From the NCBI RefSeq assembly GCF_964204645.1, contig NC_134028.1, forward strand, positions 2,914,001 to 2,978,000: a stretch of DNA of 64,000 nucleotides. Reading direction: 5' to 3'. The notes below the pieces were generated by a model. It did no database searches and was not told where the DNA came from. It worked only from the letters and a program-made list of their open reading frames with translations. This document shows, in pieces, positions 45,113 through 57,800 of the stretch. The position numbers and the translations under genes are program-made. Source of the stretch: Tubulanus polymorphus (Eukaryota > Animalia > Nemertea). Within the stretch, counting starts at the first letter, position 1; the number at the start of each line of letters is the position of its first letter.

Positions 45113-48111
45113 AAAACGGTGCTCTTATGTTAATGCAGATTTGTTGTGTTGAGGTCTGACATTTATTTTTCGCATGGAGCGCTATTTATTTGAAGGGCCG
45201 GGGGGATGCCCCTCTGGCGATACGTTTGGGGAAAAGTGAAAAATGTACATCGTTCAAATATGGAAAACGTTTTTCGAGCTATAGTTAAAAATTGTAAATT
45301 TGTTAAGTTGTTTGTAAATAAATTTCCTTATTGTCTAAACTACTTCTCTTTGTTTGCACGGAAATCGGCTATGTAAGTGATGAGATGTCGCAGGGGTAGA
45401 AGGCCAATGTCGGCCTTTATGTTCTCAGTGTCTGATGTTATAATTTTCTGTTGTCTGCGTACACTAGGATCGTAGAGTGACGGAGATCGCTGTGGATACA
45501 ACTTTCAGGACTGGGTGAATGTTTGATTAACTTGGTATTGAGAAATCGAGTTCCGATTTTTTGAACGAAGAACTCGCCGGCATCTATATAGGAACTGTCC
45601 ATCATTAAAGACGCGGAATGAGTCATTGGGTTTCGGGACCTTTTTGTGAACGAAGAACTCGTTACATCAGGAGCAGACTTCTTGGGGGTCCGCGAACGCC
45701 TGCCTTCCTACTGAAGTTGCCCTTTTCCGGCAAGTCAAAAATCGTTAAAACCCGCTGTAAATTTGACACTCATTCTTTTCGGCAATTGCCAATTTTCATG
45801 TTTTTCAACGAGGGTTCCAGGATGCTTTTCTTTGAAGTGGCTGGCTGAGATTATTCTACTAAGTTCCGAGATACAATGTTTAGAATAATTAAAACAGATG
45901 TTGTGTTATCAAGAAAAATAAATATTGTTTGTCACGCTTGTTTTAAGTTTTTCCTTCTGAAAGCTCTTATTAGTGTGCCGAAGAAGAAGTGGGACTTCTG
46001 GTAACACTCCTGCCAGTTTCACATCCTTCTGAGACAAATTGAAGAAATTCTAGATCTATTTTCCAACTGTGAAACTGGTTGTTTTCACCCACCTTTTTTG
46101 TCTGGGATCTGATTTTTTGGGGTTATTTTGCTCAGAACGCACACCCGTCCCGGCGAGATGAACTGCTCCGAACGTATTTAATTAATCACCCTCGCCCGGC
46201 GCGGCACGACAGAACTTGAACTTGAACTTTTATTTTATTGCTCCGAATAATCACAAATCATAGGAGATACATGCTATAAAATATTTACATCAATACAGGA
46301 CGGTACATGAAATGTAGAGACATAAATGAGAAAAAACACATGAGACAATGGTTCAGTCTCAACATAGCCGAACGGTGGCAGCACTGTCTGGGCAAGTAGT
46401 TTATGACTCATCGCGGTTCAGAGTAGGTTGTAATTCGTTAGTAATTAGTAGATTTAGACAGGATTATGAGCCTTTTTGAACTCGATTTTATAATTGTAGA
46501 TATATTTAACGGATAAAGTAAGTATTGATACCATTTTTAGAGTGAATTTCCCTTTAGAATAGACATAAATCGCGTCGACAAACTGACATTTACGATGACA
46601 ATAGTCTGTGTATTTGCCTTTAAATCGTCGTAGAATCTGTTCACTACTATACTGATAGAAGTTGCTATATTTAACGGTTATAAACCAAACCAAAATGTTG
46701 AATATCAGTAAATAGTGTGATGTAACACTGTCACTGCCTAATTCTACTGTCAATTGTTGCTTAGTCTCATTAAAGAAAACTTAGAAAATAATTGTTGCTA
46801 TCTAATAATTAAACTATCACCATCATGGTGTTTTTTGTAACATCTGGTCCACAGCTAGAGGGTCTTGTAGTAAGCACTCAATAACCTACTGTAGATTGTT
46901 GTTTTCGAAAAAATCAACGTAGTTCCCTATTCGCTATATTTATGTATATGAATGATCCTAATAAAAATGCAAATCTTTAACCTGGCTAATAATGGCGAAT
47001 TTCTTCTTCAGGGGCGATAATAATTGTGTAAAGATATTTCCGTCATTCGAACATCTTGACGAGGTATACTTACTAATGATATCTATGCGATTAATTTTCA
47101 GGTTGCCGACTTCATTAGCATGGGGTAGAGAAAGCGCTGAGAATTCAAGGAATGCCACGCGACTTCGTAATATATGCATACGCTGTAGAATGCGATACGA
47201 TGTCTTCACCGTATGTTGTACTGACGTTGACTTTAACGGCGAACATTGCGACGATTAGAATGTGAAATCGAGTATTGTTATCATCGATATTATTATCATA
47301 TCTCGGCTGTTGTGATCTAAACGATATTCATTCCCTCCATTTCTCGATTACCGATCGCTAGAAGACGACTACCGGTTTTTACTTGCGAAATTCTCCCGAA
47401 AGGATAGTGATAACGCGCAGTACTACGGCGGACTATTTCAACTCATTCGATCGCGAGTGATCATCGAGTCTTATCGCGAGTGCTTTTATAGTAATCTATG
47501 TTTTCGAATATATTACCTTGAGTTTTCGCTTAATTCGTCCGCAACTGATTTTTTCGCGATTTTTTTATCGTCATTCGCTACATGACAGTGATAGAACATA
47601 TATATATATATATATATATATATCGATACCGATTCGTCCGAAATCTTTACTTGCGTCCAGAAATATCGCCATTACTTTGCGTCCATATTTAATTCAATAA
47701 CTTATTTGTGGCTTCTGATTCTATGCAAGTATCGGTCATTATAAGTCAATATAATAGCTAAAAATCTAAATCTAATTAGCGCTATATCTAATCAGTAATT
47801 TCGTCCAGAAGTATTCATTATTTATTAATTTAATTATTTATCGATTGATAGTAAATTTTATTTAACTGATAATATTTAAGCTACATAATTTATTGACGTA
47901 CGAATTATTGACTGTGACAAAAAAGGCAAACAGACAACAAGAAAGTTTGTAAAAACTGTTCCGTGGTGGAGTTTGAGGACTGATCGAGTAGAACGAACTG
48001 ATAGAGAAAGGGAAAGAAACTTGGATGTAAAATTGTGAAATCGCCGATTTTAGAATTATCAACTATTGATCATATTTATCGGATAAATGTAGGTGATTTT
48101 TGCTGGTATAG

Positions 48112-51100
48112 ATGTCGTCGTATTTTGAACACGAGTTTCACCGATGTTTACAGACCCCTCCGAATGAAAGAACTGCCGAGGTAAATATCACCATTAACAC
48201 CCCCTCCTAAACTCTCGATCCTGGTAACTTATACCGGGTGCCTACAACTCCTTGATACCTCAACGCCTCCTAAATGGAAATGCTTTTGAAGGTTCTCGAG
48301 ACTCCTATTAACGCTTATTTTCAACTAAATCATCAGGGAATAATATAAACAGTACATAGTACAAATGTTTCGACAAAGTTAAGAGATATATTTTATTTAT
48401 TACCATTTATTTATCTCCAATTGAGATATCTAAGTATGTTGTATTTGTGGAGATTCCTCCTACAAATTGCGTTCACTTTCACTGGTAAACGCAGTCTAAA
48501 AGAATCTCTTCTTCACTCTATTCAAAACTATATCCGGGGAGACGTTTTCAATTCTATATTCAGATTATCTATTGAGATATCGTGTTTCATTCTTGTCTAA
48601 TTTTCGATATATCGAAATAATGTTGATATTCAGAAGCTATTCGAGAGAATGAATGAAAACGCGAGCTTTTCCTACTGTTCTATTGTCAGTCCAATTGAAC
48701 AGTGAGAATAACACAGATGTCGGGAACGTGTGTGCCTGGACAATCCACTATGTGACATTTGTACAAACTAGGATTCGACCAAGGTTAAATTTAGATGAAC
48801 AATTTTATGGTTACGACAACAGTGTATCTGATATTTGACGTATGATAATGATTATGTATACGACATTGATTTAGGATGTTGACTGAAGACCAATTTTCAA
48901 TGGAGACCTTTCAGACTTTCTTCTCATGTAATGTAATTCTATGAATGGAATTATTGCTAGTCACTGATGATAGCCGCCTGTGTTCACACTACCTCCATTC
49001 TGAAATTTGGATCGGACTTTTGGGTCCGACCAAATTGGTCCGTTCTTCAAAGGAATGGGCCAATCTAGAACGGACTTCGTTCCCAATTGTAACAGACCAA
49101 ATCTAGACCGACCTAAATATGCCTAACAGTGTGAATGAGGCTAACGAGTAGGGGTTCATGCCTAAAGCTGTCTGAAAATTACAAAAGGGATGATTAATCA
49201 TGTGAGAGTATACTAACTGTAGTTAGTGAGAAGGGGTGTGATTGCACCCCTGGGTAGATGTTGTTACCTTCGTCAATAACTAGAGCTTCCTAGGAATAAT
49301 TGACAACTTGCCAATATCACATACATGTGAATTGAATATTTGTTGTTGATACTTGCTATTGTTCACACATATTTGCATTTTTTCGATAAATGTCTTTGAG
49401 TTTTTACGCATTTCCACTACTGAATGATTTAATCGCGCAGCAGTTTTTCTGTACGTGGCGCTATGTTTTACATTGAAACCCCTAAAGGTGATGAAAATCC
49501 TTTTTCATCCGTCAATAATCTGATCAGGAAGGTTCCTTTTCGGTGGCAAAATATTAAGTTAGATATATCTATTGTATGTATAGGTGATTTGCTTGCTTTA
49601 AGGTATTGCATACAATGCCAATGGACTATTTGTTTTTCATAGAAAAAATACTTTATTCGTTCTAATGACCTAAACATAGGTAGATGACTGACCGCGCTAG
49701 TTCAATTTGGGGCTTGACTGTGGGATTGACCGGGCATCGGTTCAATTTGGGGCCAGCTTTATCATTATTATTATGTATTCATCTGCATGGATTAGCTTCC
49801 TATATAAAATCACCTGATCTATAGTTTTAACCAATAATGTTATAGCCTGTGATATTATTATACTGATAAATGTTACTTGAATTCCGTGCGCGCAGTACGC
49901 GCACAGCTGTTTATGAATCAATTAATCTGTGATGTCACGATTATAAAGTCACTACGTAATGATAATACGGCAAAGTCATTGATATCTACAGCTTTTTCAA
50001 TAGAAAAAATCTGCTTCTGAACGGAAAAAAAGAATGTTCTCCTTTAATTTGCACAAAACGCCCAAAACTCCTTTAAAAACTTCTTCAATTTTGAGAAAAA
50101 GGCAATTAGAAATTTTTTTCTAGTGTGTAGTTGTGTAGTAGACTACGCCTTAAACAGTAGAGTTGGGATTTGTTTTTATCGAGATAAACAGTTCCGATTA
50201 AGGGGGAGTCTACTGTAATTGGTATATAAATGTAATGCAGATGCCTCCTCGAAATTTGAAATTTTCTCTTTCAAAAACTCCTTTCGTCCAGGAATGACTG
50301 ATTCGTAGGGACCTTGTTTTATATTCGGCTTAATAAGAGAGCGGTAGTTCCGCCCATTTCCGTGACCACAGTATATGCAGGCCTATGTGACTCAGTAATT
50401 TCCAAACCTCTCCTATGTCGTGTCTGTAACACTGAATGTACCCACTGTATGTACCGGTTGATATTTGTATAGTGAGCCGGATTCCTAAAAAAACACTCTA
50501 CAGGTTGCATGCCTTTACGCCTATACAATTCTGTTGCATAAGACTTCTGATCAAAAAGGGTTTTTCGTTATGTCGGGTGTTTGAATTTTTTAAAGCTCGT
50601 GTGAAGATTCTAATTAGAACATCAAAGAGTGTTTAGAACGCTTAGAAAATGATTTTGGTTTAAGGATGAATTCGACGATGATATTTTTAATGTGAATTCG
50701 ACGAATAGCTCATAGAGGAAGCTTCCCTACTCACGAGCAGGATTTCAATTTCTCTTCTAATCATGGAATATTTTCGTTCATGACTCGAGAATAGTTTATG
50801 GTATTCATCATTCATATTGTTCGAATTATGTCAAATGCATCTGGCTTGAGAATTTGCCTTTCTAATGAGCGCCTGTTATTTGTATTGACTTTGTTTTGCT
50901 TTTTACTTAGAATTTCATGCGAGATTTTTAATAGTGAATTCATTGAGGCATACTTTTATGTAAACGTGGAATGTAAGATATAAATGTGAATGTGGCTTAT
51001 TGGGGTTATTTTTAATTGATCTCGTTTTCACACATTACTGTGAAACCTTTCAAGTCGTTAACGAGGGTGTACTTCCACTCAAACTGTTATTCAAACCGTT

Positions 51101-52084
51101 GAAAATATTTTTACGGGAATAAAATAAGATTTATTTACACTCCTACCATTTCTATATGAAAAATGAATATTTACAATGGATTACTCAAAACGGAAAATAA
51201 AAGCATTTTCAAACATGGCAAACAATGCTATTTACTTACAATACGAGATATAGAATTATGAGAATGAATTAATTCAACAAGATTGAGACTAGTTCTGCAT
51301 ATTTTAAGGTGTGATCGGGTCTTTCACGCTGAGGTAACAGCAGTTGGGAGGTGCTGCTACCTGCCTTCCTTAGCGATAACTAAGATATTTTAGTCATTCA
51401 AGCAATAACTTGATAAGCAGCATCCCAAAACTATAAACGCTTGTATCCATAATAAGATCATTGTTTTCATGATTCGTTGCGGAGTTTTGCGAAAAGTTGA
51501 TCGTCGATTTTATTCTCTTTCTCTTTAGGATTTAGATATAATATTCTCATTTCTGCATGGCTTGGAGGCATTGTCGAATCTACGCGAGACGGCGTTACGT
51601 ACGATTTGTCGACGAGTTCGGTATGAACACTACGACGCTAACGATATCCTGTACTGGTGAGTTCGGTTCGACGAATGACTGATAGATGGCGTATGTGTGC
51701 TATTGATAATCCTAATATTTATCAATATTACATAGCTATGATCTTCACTATCACGGCTAACATGTGTAGAGAATCCTGCAAAAAAGATAGGCCTACCTGA
51801 AAATCACTATTAGAATATAGTCGAATAAACTACTAGCTCTTGGAAACATTTTCTTAGATTATTTTTTCGTTATTATGGGATTCTCTACACGGAATTAGTG
51901 TTTTATCAATGTTTTTTCAAGGCTGATATACCAGGTAATAAATTTTGCCGAGCAATGTGTTTTCTGAGATAAAAACTAATTTTGAAATGGTTATTTTCAG
52001 TTATGGAGAGCCGAGTTCTAGTTGGTATATACTATTGACGGGATGTGTGTTTATTGAAAACAGCATGTATCTACCCCGTAGCAG
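48112..52084 (+). CDS. Rap guanine nucleotide exchange factor 2/6 (PDZ-GEF), first three coding exons 48112-48180, 51529-51656, 52001-52084; 3'-partial
   Basis: Spliced peptide MSSYFEHEFHRCLQTPPNERTAE|DLDIIFSFLHGLEALSNLRETALRTICRRVRYEHYDANDILYC|YGEPSSSWYILLTGCVFIENSMYLPRSS resembles the N-terminal cNMP-like domain of RAPGEF2/6 (PPERTPEDL..IYSYLHGME.LSNLRE; WYILLSGSV). No later exon recognised in the window. Confidence 0.88.
48976..49142. mobile_element. PIF/Harbinger-like MITE
   Basis: GCCTGTGTTCACACT ... AGTGTGAATGAGGC imperfect TIRs with internal GGTCCG/CGGAC motifs; a related right end lies near 55440-55511. Confidence 0.5.
50038..50316 (+). mobile_element. Truncated second copy of the 6451-6868 MITE family
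   Basis: Shared blocks TTCAATTTTGAGAAA, GACTAC.CCT, GATTAAGG..GAGTCTAC, ATGCAGA and AATGACTGAT...GGGACC.TG. Confidence 0.65.
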
Positions 52085-54815
52085 GTATTTATACGAGCTG
52101 ATTTATCGCTATTTTTTTCAGCGCTGAACCCCGATATGTTTTATCAAGTGGCGAAGAAGAAGTTTTTCTTGAGGTTGAATCGGAAAGTGTTTATTTATTT
52201 TAGCATATTCAGATACAAAGATTAGTTTTGTTGCGCGCATACTGTAGGCCCTGTTGCTTCCAGGGAGAAAAGAAAAGGCAACGTTCTTTTCAAGAAATAC
52301 AACTGAAAACACGCAATTTTGCAATGATCATCGTCTTACATCTGTACCCCTCGAAATCACCCTTTTGTTTTTCATTCTTCGCTCCATCAGGGCCGAAAGA
52401 TAGAAGTCAAAGATGTGGAAAATGTTGAAAAAATATGCGAGTATGAGAGGTTTTACATGGTTTAGTTGCCAGAAAATATTGATTTCCTTTTCTACAGAAT
52501 TATCTTTTTGTTTTACCCTAATAGCACGTATACAAGCATGGGTCTTTAGTATTCCTCTTCATTGAAGCGTACTGGGTTTATTATTACACATGTTGATGAA
52601 TTGGAAAAATCGTCTTTTTTCTGTGTCAACGCGGTCTGCCCGCCCGTCTGTCTGCCTCATTTTTGGCCACTTTCGACGACGATCTAGTCTGTCAGGTTTG
52701 TCGAAGCGTTCGGACGTGAATCTCGGATGAATCCAATAATGCGTATTCGTTTTTTTTTCTTCGAGAAAACGAATAACCGAATTATCGCGCGACGGATCGA
52801 TACGTTCTGCGGTGAGTTTCGGCTGTAAGAGACCGACCGATGTTCAGGTGTTGCGTTACTAAGTCGTCTCGACTGTAAATCGATAGAAACTTTGTTTTCT
52901 CGATCGGAAACTTTTTTCTTCGATGGTTTTAGGGATAAGATTTCCTTTCATGTGTATCATTCAGAGTGCCTTGAATAGAAATTATTTCCTCGTCTGAAAA
53001 TCTTTGATTTTTTGTCACCTCGTATAGGTTTACACTGTAAAAGGTATTGATTTTTGTGATTTACGTGGCCTTCGAGATACTGGATGAACCTTGATAGAGA
53101 TTGATGATGGAGGCGGAGAGGAAAATCTGATAGTTAAAAATGATGATTATTTCTGATCTAGGAGTTTTCAGACTAATTCAGAATTTAGTTAGTGATTGGG
53201 TTTTTTCCCTACTGAAGTTGTATTCTTTCAAAAAATGGTTTATATTTGTTTGCACTGTCGTATTATATCCATTCATTACTCAATTGTCAACAAAACAAGG
53301 AGTTGACATTTCATTCACCTTGAGCTAAAAATATTTTTCAGGTTGCCTCCTGTTAAGTTTGTTTATCTTAAGAAATATTTTCCTGAAAACGTGTGCGTCG
53401 TGACTGTTTGATCGAGATCGTTCAGCCTTGTTATCTAACGCTGCAAAAATGGTCGTTGTAGATTTAGGCAAATTTGAAATAAATAAAATCAGTCTCTTGG
53501 TCTTGTATTTTATTTGATAAAAAGAATTTTATTGGAGCGTTCCTAATCCGCTACGCTTGTCTTCACTTTTGATTGAATTTAAATGATTGGATTCGTCCGG
53601 TGGGATATAGAATTTAGAGCGATGTTATTAGATTTTACATTTCCACCAATTAGATTGCCGGGCTCTGTCTAGTTCGAACGTGCACTGCGGCCAGGGCTCG
53701 TGCTGCGTAAGCTTCGACTGGAGGCGTCTGAATCCTGGTAACTGAGGATGTAAGTAGTTTAGTTTCTGTCTCATTAAGGTGATTTTGAGAATGAATTTCT
53801 GACAAAAACGTCGGTTAAAATGAAGCTTATAAGACTTTGTATCTAAAGGCTGCTTGTGATGCGATTCACCTGTGATGTAACCGCCTGTCACAATCGCAAA
53901 GTAACAAAGATCCGCATGACTTTGTGACTGTTGGCGTTGGCGGTCGCGACTCGTGGCGACCATCTCTCCAAAGATATACGTAGGCCTATAGACAGGCAGT
54001 TTGGTGAAAATATTGTGCCATTTTGGCATTAAGCATGAAACCTTCAGAAATTATAGAGATTGACTAACTCAGACGTATCAGATATAGGACCAACTGAAGA
54101 AAATCCAATACAGCCACCATTTTCAAGATAGCTGTCATGCTAAGAGAATTTTATCATGAATTCCTGTTTGACTTGAATACATGAATATATGCTACTGATG
54201 GAACTGAGACTAGTCGCACACTGTTGTAGTCAATCGCGTCATGCATGTCAACCGACGCCCACCTTGAGAATAGGAAATATCAACATTACACTCGGTTGAC
54301 TTCACTACCTGATCAGCATTCAAATCGTACAACTTCCCCGTCATGACTACATCCTAACCGCCTACGACTCTTTTCCACACTCCTCAAAATTCATTTGAAG
54401 TCCAGTCGACCCTATGATTAAGTGTTACCCTTTGGCGATGCTGGACTTTTCCGTATTTGCCGATTCATAAGAACCATTAAATCTGTAATTGACTGTGTAA
54501 CAGTATCGCTGAAAGCGATTATTGAGCAGGAAATTGTATTGCTCCAAATTGTGTATTTGTGCCTAAGAACAAAGACGATGTCTTCTCTTACAAACGTAAA
54601 TGTTTCCTGAGCTGTAGGCTGTGGTAATGGCTTGCATTTAGAGACGTTATTGGATGCAGCGACGAACGTACAACGCAAACAGAAACGCAGAAAAATTCAA
54701 CTCAGGTGTTCAGGTAATAATACATCATCGGGATAGATTTCTGTCTATCAAATATTTCGAGTGAAGCGATAATGAAATCGAATATTGCGGAACGGATTCT
54801 GGTGAAACGTGCGAT

Positions 54816-54818
<3 letters not shown>

Positions 54819-54890
<72 letters not shown>
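54819..54890. repeat. (TA)36 microsatellite
   Basis: Read directly; a shorter (TA)n lies at about 47598-47623. Confidence 0.97.
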
Positions 54891-54894
<4 letters not shown>

Positions 54895-57800
54895 GCGCGG
54901 GTATATACAATAACTCGGATGATTCTGGAAAATGTTTCATGTCGACTCGACTCGAGGGTATAGACTAATAAAACTGGCGGTTTGTTTGCCTCGGGGTGCC
55001 ACGCCGGTACAGCAACCCGTCTGCCATAAAACGCTACGTCAATTACTGGCAACGTTGATTGTGTTGTATCCCCTCGGTGGCCGTGAGCACCGTTTGACGG
55101 GGAAGTGCTTCGGAAACAAATTTCCGCCGTTCGTATATCTCTCAGTGCCCATCGTCGAATTGGTCGTGATCAACGCTGACTGTTTCTATACGTCTCGCCC
55201 GTACTGCCACCCGCGTTCACGCTACGTTATCTAGAACGTTCTATTACATCTAGTCGCTTACAATTTGAACGGATTAAGCAGCGAAAAGTCCATTCCCTTT
55301 TAAAGTGATCAAAAGGACCATTTCTTTGTGCATTAAATAGAAACTTTGCTTTGATTGCCTGGCAATAACAATGTTGTGTCTAGCAGGACCAGTGATAACT
55401 GCTGATTTAGAAACATCTATGATCGCACAGCATTGTTTTATTGGTTTTTGGTCCGTTCTATATTGGTCCAAATTAGAAAGGGCTCACTGGTGTTAGTGTG
55501 AACGTGGCTAATGTTGAAGATTGTCAGTAGCTTGTCCCCCACCACAGCCCCCCTTCCACCACCCCCCCCCCCACCACTGCCCCCCTCCCACTGCCCTGTT
55601 GTGGTTTGTTACTGATGAAAGTCGTCACCGAGAAATCAGATATTACTCGTCCTCGTCGTATGTTGCCGATTGATTGAAAAATTTCTCCTGCAGTTCGTAC
55701 GACTCGAGGCTAGACATTTATCACTTATATTTCGACCTGTCATTTCTGACAGACATTATTTCCCATCAGATGAAGGCATTCCTCATAACAGAGTTTCTAC
55801 TTGTCCGGAAAATCCTAGTAAAAGTCATGTTTTGTGTCTGGAACTATGAAAAAAGCTAGGTATTGATAATTCGTTCTTGTGGTCTAAGCACTTTTAAGTC
55901 TAGTAACTTTCAATTCTACTCTATGAGCTACTCATTTAGTAGGTATGGACATTTTGATATTTGGCCATATGTAAGGAGTATGGAAAATCAAAGACTGCGA
56001 ATAGCGGTGAACCTTGTTTTAGATCTATCAAAGTTGATGATCTGAAATTGACATTTTTACAAGCCGTAAAGTTCTTCAGGGGAAAGTAACGGATGAATTT
56101 TCTTTTGATTTATTGTTTCCGCTCGATGTGTTTTATGAATGAGAATGACGTTTATGTATTTCATTCGCTTATCTCGTTCAATTCAGATTTCCTGATGATG
56201 ATATGCACGTGCAGCAGTGACGAGTCAATAACGTTTCAGCTTCTATACCGCAGGAGATGTTGATGTATTGATTAGTTAGAAGGTTCTCAGATGACTTGTC
56301 ATCCTGCACTTATAGTGAGGAGAGTTGAGCACACGTGTCGAGAATGAAAAGGGCGAAACTAGTTCTACAGAGGATGGCAATCAGTCTCTCATATTCACCG
56401 ACGACGCAATATCTAGCTTTACATCAAATTTATCGCTTTTTTCCGAATACGCGGTAGAAATTCTTACACCAAAAAAAGCGACCAATTCTCAATTATCCCA
56501 ACAAATGAAACTTGCCAGTACGGTTTCATCTTGTTTGATATTAAAACCAAGTACTAATTTGCTAATGGTATTTACTCATGCAGGTCACTGTACTGGTAAT
56601 TTGATAATTTCTGGTTTAATTCTCAAATAGGACATACAAGCAGCCCCCCCCCCCATGAACATAGCTTTTCAATTAATTAAATTCATTTTTGCAATATGAT
56701 GGATTTCGAACTAAGCGTATATGTACATGGCAGTTACACAAACTTCAAACAGTCTCAATAAGCTGAATTATAAATGTAATTTAGCTTCGTATTTGATGTT
56801 GAATAATCAAACTGGATTCATTGATTTTATTGTGTAATGTATCATCATCAGTAAGTATTGATCGGTAACGAGTGGTGTCCTGAAGTTTCAGACATCGAGT
56901 TGAACTCGCTGACGATGTATATGTATATATGTATTGATTCTGTTGTAAGTGTCTCAGAACGGTTCTCAGTTATACAGCGATGAGTTCTAATCAAACAGAC
57001 AGACTTTCTATCGTCGCCTCCATTATTCGAATACCAATACTCAATAGAATATGATGCACTGAACTCAGTTTTGCAGTTATTTAAGCTGATTCTATTTTAC
57101 TTAATTGGTGACCCTGTAACTGGATACCGTGTAATTGTCTTGTTTGGTCTGGTCTTCAATTGATCAATTTGATGCACTGAACTCGGTTTTACAGTTTTTT
57201 CTTAGAATCAACTTACCACTAAAGCAAACCTGTGGACCATCGAAGTTGTACAACCAATCTAACAACTTCAAGACCTGTCTCAAGATTTAGGTTTTGACTG
57301 AAGAATCAACTTTAGGACTAGCCCCTTAAACTGGATACATATATGCTTATCATCATCTTCGTTTAACTGAAAATGGGGGGAAGTGGGGGGGGGGGGTTAG
57401 TACCGATTGCCTCATCATCTGACTTTATCGTAATCAAAAATTGAAAACCGCATCAATTAGTACGAGTATCTTATCAATTGGCAATCAGACTTCAATTAAA
57501 TTGTCTCCGTTCTGAGATGGGCCGCAATTATCAACGTCATAATTGCCCGAATTCTTGGTTGAGTGCCGTGGAGCTCGTCGAGAGGGAGTGCTGTTTCAAT
57601 ACGACAGTATTGAGCAGCAGGAATATTATCGTCGTCGGTATCAGGCGATATATCGTTTATTCCGTTCAACTGCTAATTATCAGTAACGGTTTCACCGGTG
57701 CAGTCAGTCGTATGTCGCAGTAGTCGTAGTCGCAGATCGGTATGTCATGTTAATGAGCTGTCAGAAGTCAATGTGAATTTCATCTTGCCGGCATTCCAGT